Shown one piece after another: positions 9,538-21,076 of a stretch of 64,000 nucleotides of DNA. The translations under genes were made by a program, and so were the position numbers. The DNA comes from Polyangiales bacterium (lineage in GTDB: Bacteria; Myxococcota_A; Polyangia; Polyangiales; JADJQN01): NCBI GenBank assembly GCA_964202905.1, contig CAXNJO010000009.1, positions 96,001 through 160,000 on the forward strand, in the 5' to 3' direction. The notes beneath the pieces are model-generated. The model ran no database searches. It was not told the origin of the DNA and saw only the letters and a list, made by a program, of their open reading frames with translations. Position 1 is the stretch's first letter; each line of letters starts with the position of its first letter.

Positions 9538-11006
9538 TCGTCGGTCGTTCGCGGCACGCACGGCCCGGGTGCGGTGCGGGCGTCACGCGCGTGTCCATGC
9601 AGCACCGGGGTCGCGAGCGCCGCGAGCTCCTCGAAGGCCGCCACGAAGTCGCCCGTCACCGCAGCGAGCTCCGTCACGACCTCCGAATCGGCGTGCAGCC
9701 CGAGGTGCAACCAGCCGTCGTAGCCGAGCCACGCGACGCCGAGCGCCTGGTGCGAGAACAGCGGCACCAGCGGATACACCGACTCGACGCGCGAGCGCGC
9801 GAGATACGCGGGCACCGGCGGTCCGGCCATGTTCGTGACGACGACGTTGAACGCGCGCAGCCGCATCGCGAGCGTGAACGTGAGGCTGACGAGGTTCGGC
9901 CCCGCGAGATCGCCGACCCGCTCGAGGAAGGCCGTGCCCTCGATCTCGTGCGAGCAGTGCTTCAGTTCGTCGACGTTCTCGCGCACGCGCGAGAGGCGGG
10001 CGCGCGCGTCCGGCTCGGAGACGGGCAGCTCCGCGAGCAACAGCGCGATGTGGTTCCCCAGCCCGGCCTCGCCCGTGCGCGGCCGCAGATCCACGGGCAC
10101 GAGGGCGCGGAACGAGCGGATGTGGTCCACGTCGTCGCCCATGCGCGCGAGCGTTCGGCGCAGCCCGCCCGCGACGACCGCGAGCGCGACGTCGTTGACC
10201 GTCCCGCCGAGCACGGCGCGGATCGCGCGCACGCGCCCGAGATCGAAGCGCGCGCCCGAAAACACACGTTGTGCGCCGATGCGCGCGGGGTTGAGCGCGG
10301 TGCGCGTCGCCGGCGTGAGGCCGGTGCGCAACGTCCGCGCGACGCCCAGCGCGACGTCGCGCGCGCGGGAGAGGCCAGCCCGCCCGCGGAGCGTCGCCCG
10401 CAGCTCGCCGCTCAGCTCGCCGAGCTGGCGCACGCGCGCCTGCGCCAGCGTCTGCACCACCCGGGGCAGCCCGTGCGGCTCCGCCAGCCACGGCGCCTCC
10501 TTCGGTCGCGCATCCTCGGCGGCGAAGCGCACGATCGCGGTGAGCACGCCGAGCCCGCCCACGCCGTCCACGAGCGCGTGGTGCGCCTTGATGACGAGCG
10601 CGAGGCGACCGCCGGCGAGCCCCTCGACGAGCCACAACTCCCACAGCGGCCCGCCCGGCGGGAGGGGGCGCGAGTAGATCGCCCCCGCGAGTTCGAAGAG
10701 CTCGGCATCGCGCCCCGGACGCAGGAGCGCAGCGCGGTGCAGGTGCGCCTCGAGCCGGAAACGCGGATCGTCGACCCACGCGGCGCCGAGTCCCGGCACC
10801 TCGACCACGCGCTGCCGGAAGCGCGGCGCAGCGGCCAGCCCCGCGCCCACGAGCGCGCCGATGCGCGCGAGGTCGAGCGCCCCGTCGGACGCGACGAGAT
10901 CGCTCGGCCCCAGCACGACCACAGCGCCGACGTGCATCCCCGCGAAGCGTCGCTCGAGGTCGAGGAACGCGCGATCGGTGGCCGAGAGCACATCGACGGA
11001 GGCCAT
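9282..11006 (-). CDS. Wax ester synthase/diacylglycerol acyltransferase (WS/DGAT)
   Basis: HHALVDG catalytic motif, PLWELWLVEGL, TVNDV, NVVVTN; homology appears to end near 9610 while the ORF runs on into the thioesterase gene. Confidence 0.9.
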   Translation of the reverse strand: MASVDVLSATDRAFLDLERRFAGMHVGAVVVLGPSDLVASDGALDLARIGALVGAGLAAAPRFRQRVVEVPGLGAAWVDDPRFRLEAHLHRAALLRPGRDAELFELAGAIYSRPLPPGGPLWELWLVEGLAGGRLALVIKAHHALVDGVGGLGVLTAIVRFAAEDARPKEAPWLAEPHGLPRVVQTLAQARVRQLGELSGELRATLRGRAGLSRARDVALGVARTLRTGLTPATRTALNPARIGAQRVFSGARFDLGRVRAIRAVLGGTVNDVALAVVAGGLRRTLARMGDDVDHIRSFRALVPVDLRPRTGEAGLGNHIALLLAELPVSEPDARARLSRVRENVDELKHCSHEIEGTAFLERVGDLAGPNLVSLTFTLAMRLRAFNVVVTNMAGPPVPAYLARSRVESVYPLVPLFSHQALGVAWLGYDGWLHLGLHADSEVVTELAAVTGDFVAAFEELAALATPVLHGHARDARTAPGPCVPRTTDDQRERGVAVAGAGATSGPIRSRMRSLHGQGVCACGSSRTRRVDASAKSSSPCFARTCAAMIRLVRPRCVGVSSTLSSPSPRTGRR

Positions 11007-11179
11007 GGGCGGCACGTAGTCGCCCCACGCGCCCGCGCCAGCGTCGTCGCTCGTTCGCGCGTAGGAACGCGCCCGCGCCGCGCACGCGTTCCAACACGCG
11101 CGAAAACCAAACGTGAAGCTCCCGAGTGGCGTCCCGCCCCCGCGCGCCTGACGCGGATCACCTCACGCGATGAACGCCC

Positions 11180-12379
11180 TCACACCGTCGATGCCGAGAC
11201 GTGGAAGACGTCGGGGCTCTCCTCGATCGCGCGCAGGATCGCCGGCGTCGGCTCACCGACGACCTCCACGCGCGCGCAGGCCGCGTGAGAACCCGAGAAC
11301 ACGATGTTCTCCATGCCCTGCACGTTGTGCTTCGCGGCGCTGAGCACGCCGAGAACGTGCGCGAGCACGCCGACGCGATCGGCGTGGCGCACGACGATCA
11401 CGTGCGTCGCGGCCGAGCGCAGCGCGAGGTTGACGCAGTTCGGGATCGGCTCCGCGTCGCGGTGCGCGGCCACGATCCGCACGACCTCCTCGCCGACCGC
11501 CTCCTCCGCCTCCTCGGTGCTCGCGCCGATGTGATGCGTCCCGTACACGTTGGGGTGGTCCGCGATCGCGCCCTCGAACGCGCCCTGCGCGGACGACGGC
11601 TCCACGGCGAACACGTCGAGCCCGGCCCGGATGCCGCGGGTCGTGCAGGCCTCGAGGAGCGCGTCCTGATCGACGACCTCTCCGCGCGAGGTGTTGATGA
11701 AATACGCCCCGGGCCGCATCGCGGAAAACACGCTGGCGCCGATGCGCCGCTCCGTCTCGCGAGTGAGCGGCAGGTGCACCGTGACCGCGTCGGCGTTCAC
11801 GACGGCCGCTTCCGCCGTGGGCGCCCGCACGATGCCGAGGTCCGCGGGGTCGCCCCCGCGGAAGCTCGACCACCCCACGACATGCATCCCGAACGCGCGC
11901 GCGCGCGCCGCGACCTCGCGTCCGATCGCGCCGACGCCGAGGATCGCGAGCGTCCGTCCACGCAGTCCGCGCGCCTCGCCGAAGGTCTTCTTGTCCCAGC
12001 GATGTGCGCGCAGCGCGGCCACGTTGTCCGCGATGCGTCGGTCGAGGTTGAGCAGGTGCCCCATCGTCAGCTCGGCGACGGCGGACGCGTTCTTTCCCGG
12101 ACAGTTCGACACGTAGACGCCGCGCGCCGACGCCGAGGCCATGTCGATGGTGTTCACGCCCGCGCCTGCTCGAACGATCAGCGAGAGCGAGCGCCCGGCC
12201 GCGACGTGCTCCGCGCCGACCTTCGTGCTGCGCACGACGAGCACCTCCGGGTCGAACCCCTCGAGGCGCGCGGCGAGCGACGCGCCCTCGAGCTTCGCGT
12301 CGACCTCGACCTGCGCCCCGAGATCCTGCAGGCGACCGGACACGAACGACGCGAGTTTGTCGGCGATCAAGATGCGCAT
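11180..12379 (-). CDS. serA: D-3-phosphoglycerate dehydrogenase-like with C-terminal ACT domain
   Basis: RAGAGVNTID, GVGAIG, INTSRG, AGLDVF, HIGAST; ACT segment HADRVGVLAHV. Confidence 0.85.
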   Translation of the reverse strand: MRILIADKLASFVSGRLQDLGAQVEVDAKLEGASLAARLEGFDPEVLVVRSTKVGAEHVAAGRSLSLIVRAGAGVNTIDMASASARGVYVSNCPGKNASAVAELTMGHLLNLDRRIADNVAALRAHRWDKKTFGEARGLRGRTLAILGVGAIGREVAARARAFGMHVVGWSSFRGGDPADLGIVRAPTAEAAVVNADAVTVHLPLTRETERRIGASVFSAMRPGAYFINTSRGEVVDQDALLEACTTRGIRAGLDVFAVEPSSAQGAFEGAIADHPNVYGTHHIGASTEEAEEAVGEEVVRIVAAHRDAEPIPNCVNLALRSAATHVIVVRHADRVGVLAHVLGVLSAAKHNVQGMENIVFSGSHAACARVEVVGEPTPAILRAIEESPDVFHVSASTV

Positions 12380-12616
12380 GGCCTGCTCTCCTCCGCCCTC
12401 CGCGGGCGCTGCGCGAGGATACGCGTGCCGCGCGCGGAGATCATGCGGCGCGCGCAGGCGCCACGACTCCCCCACACTGCAACCTCCTTGATGCGTCGGC
12501 GCACGTGCCAGCCGCGCGAATGCGCGCGACGCTTCGCCAGGCGTCCACGGGGCATCCGCGCCCTTTCGTCCGCTGCGCCTCGCACCGCGCACCACGGAGC
12601 ACTAGGCTCCGCCTCG

Positions 12617-12958
12617 ATGTCGGAACTGCCGCCCTTCATCCCGACACGCGCGCACCTCCTCGTGTGCACGGGGCCTTCGTGTCGGCGCGTCGGCGGCGCC
12701 GAGCTCTTCGCGAACGCCTGGCAGGACCTCGAGACCCACCGGCTCGCGTACTACACGCGCGGTGGCTCGCTGCGCCTCACCGAGAGCGGCTGCCTCGGCG
12801 CCTGCGCGCGCGGCCCCAACGTCGCCGTCTACCACGACGCCGACGGCCGCCTCGAGCAGGCCTGGTACATCCGCATGGATCGCGGCGCGCTGCTCCGTCT
12901 GTCTCGCGCGCTGCACGACGGCGCGCCCCTGCCCCCGCAGAACCGCTTCGACCGCTGA
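12617..12958 (+). CDS. Thioredoxin-like [2Fe-2S] ferredoxin
   Basis: VCTGPSC and SGCLGAC..GP cysteine motifs; 113 aa. Confidence 0.85.
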   Translation: MSELPPFIPTRAHLLVCTGPSCRRVGGAELFANAWQDLETHRLAYYTRGGSLRLTESGCLGACARGPNVAVYHDADGRLEQAWYIRMDRGALLRLSRALHDGAPLPPQNRFDR

Positions 12959-13027
12959 ACCGCTGCGGTCGCGGCGACACGCCCCTGGGCCCGAGGACGC
13001 CGACGAGCGCGTCCTTCGCGCGCTCGC

Positions 13028-13687
13028 TCAGGGCACGCGCGGCATCGCGGCGCAACTCACCAAGACCACGACCAACCAGCACGCGAGCCAGCGTGATGCG
13101 CCGCGCGCCCGCGGGATCGTGTGCACGAACGTCCGCGAATCGCCGGTCGCGCCGACCTGAGTCACGCCCTCAGCGCCGGTCGCGAGGAAGCCGAAGCACA
13201 CCGCGGGAAGCTGGACGATCCCTCCGACCGCGCCGAGGAAAGCCGACGCGAAGAGGCCACCCGTCCAACCGTTCGCGCCGTCCACGGGCTGCATCAGCAC
13301 CCAGGCGAAAGGCGCCGCCCCGAGCACGACGGCCCCGGCCGCCACGGCGATCGACGCGCGAACCGTCGACACGGTCCGCTGGCGCGCCGCGGCCCCCCTT
13401 GCACCGATGGCACGGCGAGTCCCTGCCTCTCCAGAGACCCGCGGGCCCCCCGGTACGCCGGCGTGCGCGCGTCGGCCCCCTCGGACGGCATGCGCGCGTT
13501 GTCGCGCGCGACGGGACGGCGACGCATCCGAGGGCGGTCCGTCCGCGCCCGGATCGGATTGCGCCCGTGAGAGGCGCGCGATCGCCTCGTCTTTCTCGCG
13601 GAGCGCGCGCGCTTGCGCGTCGAGGCGCGCCTCGAGGGCCTCCGCGCGCGCACGAAGCGCCTCGACCGGACTGCGAAAACCGCCCAT
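13028..13687 (-). CDS. Hypothetical membrane protein (N-terminal coiled coil, about 3 TM)
   Basis: Coiled-coil-like ALRARAEALEARLD; hydrophobic C-terminal segments; middle part looks low quality. Confidence 0.5.
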   Translation of the reverse strand: MGGFRSPVEALRARAEALEARLDAQARALREKDEAIARLSRAQSDPGADGPPSDASPSRRARQRAHAVRGGRRAHAGVPGGPRVSGEAGTRRAIGARGAAARQRTVSTVRASIAVAAGAVVLGAAPFAWVLMQPVDGANGWTGGLFASAFLGAVGGIVQLPAVCFGFLATGAEGVTQVGATGDSRTFVHTIPRARGASRWLACWLVVVLVSCAAMPRVP

Positions 13688-13884
13688 CCCGCGACCGTAC
13701 ACCAGCCTGACGCTGCCGCGTTGCGCACCTTCGTCACCGCGCGTCGGCCTCGCCGTCCGGCGGCGCGCGCCCAGCAGACCTCGCGGGCAACGCCGATCCA
13801 GTCACGACCGCACCGAGTCCAAGCGCCGAACTCGGACGCCCGAAGAACCCCGCGACGACCCGCCAGCGAACCCTTCCCCGGCCC

Positions 13885-13925
13885 AAATCGAAACAGCCGC
13901 CCCCGGTCTCCCGGAAGGCGGCTGT
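13885..13925 (-). terminator. Intrinsic terminator after tRNA-fMet
   Basis: Minus strand ACAGCCGCCTTCCGG-GAGA-CCGGGGGCGGCTGT followed by TTCGATTT. Confidence 0.75.
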
Positions 13926-13938
13926 CGATGTATCCAAG

Positions 13939-14015
<77 letters not shown>

Positions 14016-14029
14016 TCAGAAGTGAGCGG

Positions 14030-14057
14030 ACTATACGCGTGCGTCCGCCCTTGTCAA
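14030..14057 (-). promoter_or_regulatory. Sigma70-type promoter of tRNA-fMet
   Basis: TTGACA-N16-TATAGT, 14 nt upstream of the tRNA. Confidence 0.8.
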
Positions 14058-14065
14058 CGACTGTT

Positions 14066-15145
14066 TCACTTCTTCTTCGATCCGCCACGACGCGGCCCCG
14101 CGCCAGTCCCGGGCCGACCCACTCCGCGGCGCGCTCCACGCGGCGACTCCGCGCGGGCGGCCTGCGGCGACGCATACTTGTCTGCAACGCGCGGCTTTCG
14201 CGTCGGAGCGCGCGGCCGCGGCGACGCGGGCGGCAGCGCTTCCGCGTCGAACGCGCCCGCATCGTCGGCACCCTCGATCAGGTCGAGGGGCTCCCAGCCA
14301 GCGTCCTCCGCCTCGAGCGGGCCCCCATCGCCCTCGAGCGCCACCTCCTCGAGGGCCCGCGCGGCCTGCCGTGCCGCGTGGGCCGCGCTCCGCTTCTGCC
14401 CGAGGCGCCGGGCGCGCGCAGGGACGAGGTAGGCGGTCTTCAGTTTCTCGACTTCCTTCTCCTCGAGCGGCCGAATCTCCCCCGGTCGAATGCGATCGGT
14501 GTCGATGCCCGCGAAGCTGAGGCGCGCGAGCCGCGACACCGGGTGTCCGACCGCGTCGCCCATGCGGACGATCTGACGGTTGCGACCTTCATGGATGGTG
14601 ATGCGGACCCAAGTCGAGCCCGACTCTTCGCGGAGCACGATCACGTCCGCAGGCGCCGTCATGTGGCCGTCGTCGAGCTCGACGCCGTTGCGCAGCGCCT
14701 CGAGCGCCCCCGTGTCGACGTCACCCCGGAGCTTCGCCACGTAGACTTTCGGCACCTTGCGGCTCGGGTGCAGCAACGCCTCCGCGAGTTCGCCGTCGTT
14801 CGTGACGAGCAGGGCTCCGCTCGTGTGGAAGTCGAGGCGACCGACCGGAAAGAGCCGTTCCGGGAACCGACCGAGGATGTCCCCGAGCGACGGCCGTCCC
14901 TCCGGGTCGCGGAGCGTCGACACGACGCCGCGCGGCTTGTGAAGGATGTAGTAGGCGGGGTGTTCGAGCACGACGCGGCGCCCGTCCACCTCGATGCGGT
15001 CGCGCCGGCCATCCGCCTGGCTGCCCAGCTCGCTGACGATGCGGCCGTTCACGCGAACTCGGCCGTCCGTGATCAACTCCTCCGCGGCGCGTCGCGAGGA
15101 CACGCCAGCGCGCGCGAGGATCTTCTGGAGTCGTTCGAGGGCCAC
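14066..15145 (-). CDS. rluB: Pseudouridine synthase RsuA/RluB family
   Basis: ERLQKILARAGVSSRR S4 domain; PVGRLDFHTSG; EGRNRQI. Confidence 0.9.
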   Translation of the reverse strand: MALERLQKILARAGVSSRRAAEELITDGRVRVNGRIVSELGSQADGRRDRIEVDGRRVVLEHPAYYILHKPRGVVSTLRDPEGRPSLGDILGRFPERLFPVGRLDFHTSGALLVTNDGELAEALLHPSRKVPKVYVAKLRGDVDTGALEALRNGVELDDGHMTAPADVIVLREESGSTWVRITIHEGRNRQIVRMGDAVGHPVSRLARLSFAGIDTDRIRPGEIRPLEEKEVEKLKTAYLVPARARRLGQKRSAAHAARQAARALEEVALEGDGGPLEAEDAGWEPLDLIEGADDAGAFDAEALPPASPRPRAPTRKPRVADKYASPQAARAESPRGARRGVGRPGTGAGPRRGGSKKK

Positions 15146-15160
15146 GCAGCGCTCGGGCGG

Positions 15161-15919
15161 TCAGCCCGTCCCGCCATCGGCTGCCGGCGCCGCGGCGGGC
15201 GCAGCGCCCTCGCCGCCCTCGCCGAGGGACTCGCCGTTCTCGGCTTCGCGCGTGTTGCCGAGTTGGGGGCGGGTGTTCGCATCGCGGTCCCAACGATCGA
15301 CGACGCCGTCGCCGTCCACGTCGGAGCCCATGCGCACCATCCGACCCTCTTCGAAGTACTCCCAGCGATCGGGCTGCCAGCGCTCGCCGCTGCTGCGTCC
15401 GCCCAAGTCACGCTCGGCGCGGATGGGCTGTCCCCGCTCGTAAAACGTTTTGGTGTCGACCTTCCCGTCGGCGTTGGTGTCGGCCTCGCTGCGCGCGACG
15501 CGGCCACTCTCGAAGTACGCGACCTCGTCCATCTGCCCGTCGAAGTTGCGGTCCGCCTCTTCGCGGAGCGGGCGGCCCTCGTCGTTGTAGTAGCGGACGA
15601 TGTCCTTCGTGCCGTCGCCGTTGAGGTCGGCCTCGCGGCAGATGAGCACGAGGCGCACGAGCGGCGCGCGCCCGATCTGCTGAAACACCTTCCTCACGTC
15701 GGGGCGGTCGTCGCCCGAGGTGTCGTACTCGCTGACCTCGCGGTCGGCGGCCGAGGCGTCACAGCGTCCGGCGGAAGCGGCGCTCGCCTGCGCATCGCCA
15801 GATGATTCGACCGAGCGCGAGCTTCGCGAGGTCGTTCGGTCGGTCTGCTCACCCGCGGCGCCGCAGCCGAGTGAGCAGGGCGCCCCCACGAGCGCAGCGA
15901 CGATCATCCAGCGGTTCAT
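15161..15919 (-). CDS. Lipoprotein with DxNxDG repeats
   Basis: Signal peptide with SLGC; repeats EADLNGDGTKD, EADRNFDGQMD, EADTNADGKVD. Confidence 0.8.
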   Translation of the reverse strand: MNRWMIVAALVGAPCSLGCGAAGEQTDRTTSRSSRSVESSGDAQASAASAGRCDASAADREVSEYDTSGDDRPDVRKVFQQIGRAPLVRLVLICREADLNGDGTKDIVRYYNDEGRPLREEADRNFDGQMDEVAYFESGRVARSEADTNADGKVDTKTFYERGQPIRAERDLGGRSSGERWQPDRWEYFEEGRMVRMGSDVDGDGVVDRWDRDANTRPQLGNTREAENGESLGEGGEGAAPAAAPAADGGTG

Positions 15920-16872
15920 GGCGTTCCCCCGTTCGGCGCCGCGGGCTGCGCGGCAGCGCCCGGTTCCGCTATGGCGCCCGCCTGCGCAGCGGTCTCAGGT
16001 GCGGCCGCGTCCGTTCCGCTCGGCGCCGCGGTCGCTCCCTCGACGGGGGGCGCTGCCGCAGCGTCCCCCGTCGTCGGGGCAGTCCCCTCGGCCGCCGTGG
16101 GCGCAGGCGTGGGCGGCGGCGCGAGCGGCGACCCGTCGCAACTCACGGGGTCTTCGGCCGGCCCGGCGCTTTCGGTCGGCGTCTCCTCGTCCCGGTCGGG
16201 CTGCGCGTCGTTGTTCGTGTCGAAGCGCGTGCGGACGAGCCGCCCCGCCTCGAACACTTCCCATTTCTCGGGCTGACGATCGTTGTTGTCGTCGTACGCG
16301 ACCTGCACGAGGCGGCCATCCGCGTAGGACTCCCACGCATCGGGGCGGCCCGTGTGGTGCCGGTCGCGCTCGGCACGTGCCACGTTGCGGCCGTCGCACC
16401 AGAGCCACGTGTCGATGACGTTGTCGAAGTTGGTGTCGAGCTCGCGGCTCGCGACTCGACCGCCCTCGAAGGTGGTGATCTGGTCGATGCGGCCGTCGAA
16501 ATCGAAGTCGTGTTCTTCGCGCGCCACGGTCGTGCCGTCGGGCGCGAAGAAACGGTTGATGTCGACGCGGCCGTCGAAGTTCATGTCGAGGAGCGCGCAG
16601 CGCTCGCGACCGCCTTCGAAGACGTGCCGGATGTCGGGGGTCCCGTCGTTGTTGACGTCGACCGCCGAGACCTGACGGCCGCTCGGGTCGCACTGCTCCC
16701 GCACCGCGACGCTCGCCCGCGACCCCTCGGGCGTGGTGCCGCCCCCCGCGAGCGGCTCGTCGGCCCCGCCGCACGCGGCCAGGCCGCCGGCCGCGGCTCC
16801 GCAGCCAAGCGCGCCAACGAGAAACCCGCCGAGGTAGCCCTTCCTCACGAACGACGTGCCCTTCGACTTCAT
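15916..16872 (-). CDS. Lipoprotein with DxNxDG repeats (paralog of the downstream gene)
   Basis: Lipobox LAAC; DVNNDGTPD, DMNFDGRVD, DFDFDGRID repeats; ATGA overlap with the next gene. Confidence 0.8.
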   Translation of the reverse strand: MKSKGTSFVRKGYLGGFLVGALGCGAAAGGLAACGGADEPLAGGGTTPEGSRASVAVREQCDPSGRQVSAVDVNNDGTPDIRHVFEGGRERCALLDMNFDGRVDINRFFAPDGTTVAREEHDFDFDGRIDQITTFEGGRVASRELDTNFDNVIDTWLWCDGRNVARAERDRHHTGRPDAWESYADGRLVQVAYDDNNDRQPEKWEVFEAGRLVRTRFDTNNDAQPDRDEETPTESAGPAEDPVSCDGSPLAPPPTPAPTAAEGTAPTTGDAAAAPPVEGATAAPSGTDAAAPETAAQAGAIAEPGAAAQPAAPNGGTP

Positions 16873-17025
16873 ACCGACGAAGGCTCCCTTCCGCCCCGAG
16901 CGACGAATCCCCGCGCGGGTCGACCCCGCCCGCGCACGCCTGCTGAAGACCGGCGGCAATCTAGCCGCATGACCCCACCGCCCGCAACCCGCACCGCGTG
17001 AAGAGGCATGGGCGGGCCTCATGAA

Positions 17026-17054
17026 TTGACCGTATGTGGCTGGCCATATATGTT
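17026..17054 (+). promoter_or_regulatory. Sigma70-type promoter of the RHH gene (leaderless)
   Basis: TTGACC-N17-TATGTT, 6 nt before GTG at 17061. Confidence 0.7.
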
Positions 17055-17060
17055 CACGCC

Positions 17061-17255
17061 GTGGCCCGCAAGAAGATCTCGACGACGATCTACATCACGC
17101 CCGAGCAGAACGAAAAACTCAAGGTGCTCCACGACCGCACGAAGGTGCCCGTCGCGGTCTACATCCGAGAAGGCATCGACCTCGTGCTCGAGCACCACGC
17201 CGCCGAGCTCCCCGGCCAGCTCACGCTCGACTCGCTGCCCACGTCCAAGCGCTGA
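17061..17255 (+). CDS. Small ribbon-helix-helix DNA-binding protein
   Basis: KKISTTIYITPEQ..KLK.L..RTKVP.A.YIREGIDLVL strand-helix-helix pattern; 64 aa. Confidence 0.85.
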   Translation: MARKKISTTIYITPEQNEKLKVLHDRTKVPVAVYIREGIDLVLEHHAAELPGQLTLDSLPTSKR

Positions 17256-17325
17256 GCCGCGCGTGCTCGCGCGCGCACGCCGCGGCTGCTAGACCGCGCC
17301 CTCGCGCTTCGCGAGCAGGGATCAG

Positions 17326-19131
<1,806 letters not shown>

Positions 19132-19150
19132 GCCAGCACGGGGACTCGCG

Positions 19151-20359
19151 ATGCGCAGGCGCCACGCAGCGCTGCTCGCGCTCTACGTCACCCAAGGCCT
19201 GCCCTTCGGCTTCCAGACGGGCGGGCTCGTCTACTACCTCACCGAGCACCGGCTCTCGCTGACGACGATCGGGTTCGTGGGGGCGCTCGCGCTGCCGTGG
19301 GTCTTGAAGGCGCTCTGGGCGCCGCTCGTCGAGGGGACGGGCTCGGCGCGCTTCGGGCGACGACGAAGCTGGATCGTGCCGCTCCAGCTCGCGCTCGCGC
19401 TCAGCGCGGTCGCGATGGCCCGCATCGTCGACGGCGGTGCAATCACGACCGTCGCCGCGCTGGTGCTCGTGATGAACCTGCTCGCGGCGACGATGGACAT
19501 CGCGGTCGACGGAATCGCGCTCGATGCCGCGCGTCCCGAAGACCTCGGGACGATCAACGCGATTCAGGTGATCGGCTTCAAGCTCGGCATGATCGCGGGC
19601 GGCGGGCTGCTCTCGGCCGCGAGCGCGCGCATCGGTTGGGGCGGCGCCTTCCTTGGGATGGCGACGCTCTTCGCGGGGGGCGCGCTCGTCGCGCTGCTCC
19701 TGCGCGAGGCGCCCCCCTCGGAGGAGGCGCGTGCGGCGCGCGCCTCGCCGCTCGCCGTGCTCCGCGCCCTGCCCGCGGCGCTGCGCAGTCCGGGGGCCGG
19801 CTGGGTCTTCGCGTTCGTGGGGACCTACAAGCTCGGCGAGGCGCTCCTCGACGCGATGTACAAGCCGTTCCTGTTGCAGCACTTCGCGAAGGAGCAGGTC
19901 GCGTTGTGGGTGAGCACCTGGGGCGCGGCCGCGTCGCTGCTCGGCGCGCTCGCCGGGTGGACGCTCGTGCGGCGCTTCGCGCTCTTCCCGGCGCTCGCGG
20001 TGGCCGCCTGCCTGCGCCTCGTGCCGGATCTCGCGCAGTGGTGGATCGCGACGGTGGGCGTCGCGCCCGCGTCGGCGATCGCGGTCACCGTGACCGAGCA
20101 TTTCTTCGGCGGGATGCTCACGCCGGTGGTCTTCGCGTTCATGATGTCGCAGGTCGACCGGCGCATCGGGGCGACGCACTACACGCTCCTCGCGACAGTG
20201 GAGGTGCTCGGCAAGGCGCCGGGGGCGTGGCTCTCGGGCCTGCTCGCCGACGCGCTCGGGTTCCGCGCGGTCTTCGGGCTCGGCGCTGCGCTCTCGGCGG
20301 CGTTCCTGCTGCTCCTCGTGCCCGTGCGCCGGCTGCCGGGCCTCGCTCCCGAACGCTGA
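19151..20359 (+). CDS. MFS transporter, AmpG/RhtX-like
   Basis: LYVTQGLPFGF, LPWVLKALWAP, GRRRSWI, ATMDIAVDG. Confidence 0.85.
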   Translation: MRRRHAALLALYVTQGLPFGFQTGGLVYYLTEHRLSLTTIGFVGALALPWVLKALWAPLVEGTGSARFGRRRSWIVPLQLALALSAVAMARIVDGGAITTVAALVLVMNLLAATMDIAVDGIALDAARPEDLGTINAIQVIGFKLGMIAGGGLLSAASARIGWGGAFLGMATLFAGGALVALLLREAPPSEEARAARASPLAVLRALPAALRSPGAGWVFAFVGTYKLGEALLDAMYKPFLLQHFAKEQVALWVSTWGAAASLLGALAGWTLVRRFALFPALAVAACLRLVPDLAQWWIATVGVAPASAIAVTVTEHFFGGMLTPVVFAFMMSQVDRRIGATHYTLLATVEVLGKAPGAWLSGLLADALGFRAVFGLGAALSAAFLLLLVPVRRLPGLAPER

Positions 20360-20425
20360 ATGGTGATTCAGCGCCGCGCAGCGCCGCGCTGGCAAGCCGC
20401 GCCGCGATGTGATTCCTTGCGCGGC

Positions 20426-21004
20426 GTGGCGCTCCTCGCCGTGATCGCGCTCGCGCTCGGGCTCTCGATGGACACGGCGGCGGTCGCGCTCTCCGTCGGG
20501 TTCGGTGCGCGCGCGCTGCGGCTCGGCGACGCCCTGCGGATGGCCGCGACCTTCGGCGCGTTCCACATGGGGATGCCGCTGCTCGGCGTGCTCGTCGGGC
20601 AGGCCGCAGCGCGCTGGGTGGCGGCGATCGATCACTGGATCGCCTTCGCGATGCTCGCGTTCATCGGGGGCAAGATGCTCTGGGAGGCCCGTGAGCGGCG
20701 CGTCGCGCAGCGCGACGGCGCGACGCCGCCCGCGGCCGCCGACCCGTTCCGGCTCGGCGCGCTCCTCACGCTCGCGACGGCGACGAGCGTCGACTCGCTC
20801 GGCGCGGGCTTCTCGCTGCCGCTGCTCGGCGTGCCGATCCCCCTCGCGGTGTCGATCATCGGTGGCGTGCCCTTCGTGGTCACGCTCGCCTCGCTCTACG
20901 TCGGGCGACGCTTCGGGGCGCGATTCGGGGCGACGCTCGACGCGATCGGGGGGCTCGTGCTGCTCGCGATCGGCCTCGCGATCGTGGCGCAGCACGCGGG
21001 TTGA
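20426..21004 (+). CDS. mntP: Manganese efflux pump MntP family
   Basis: ALGLSMDTAAV, DHWIAF, ATSVDSL duplicated motifs; GTG start inferred. Confidence 0.88.
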   Translation: MALLAVIALALGLSMDTAAVALSVGFGARALRLGDALRMAATFGAFHMGMPLLGVLVGQAAARWVAAIDHWIAFAMLAFIGGKMLWEARERRVAQRDGATPPAAADPFRLGALLTLATATSVDSLGAGFSLPLLGVPIPLAVSIIGGVPFVVTLASLYVGRRFGARFGATLDAIGGLVLLAIGLAIVAQHAG

Positions 21005-21076
21005 GCGCAGCCGTACCCGCGCGCGGGTGCGCTATGCTCGCCGGCGTTTCGTCTTCACTTCGTCCACCGAGGTCCC

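Noticed and set aside
12496..12512. TGGCACG upstream of serA (minus strand) as a sigma54 site
   Set aside because: No GC at the required -12 spacing
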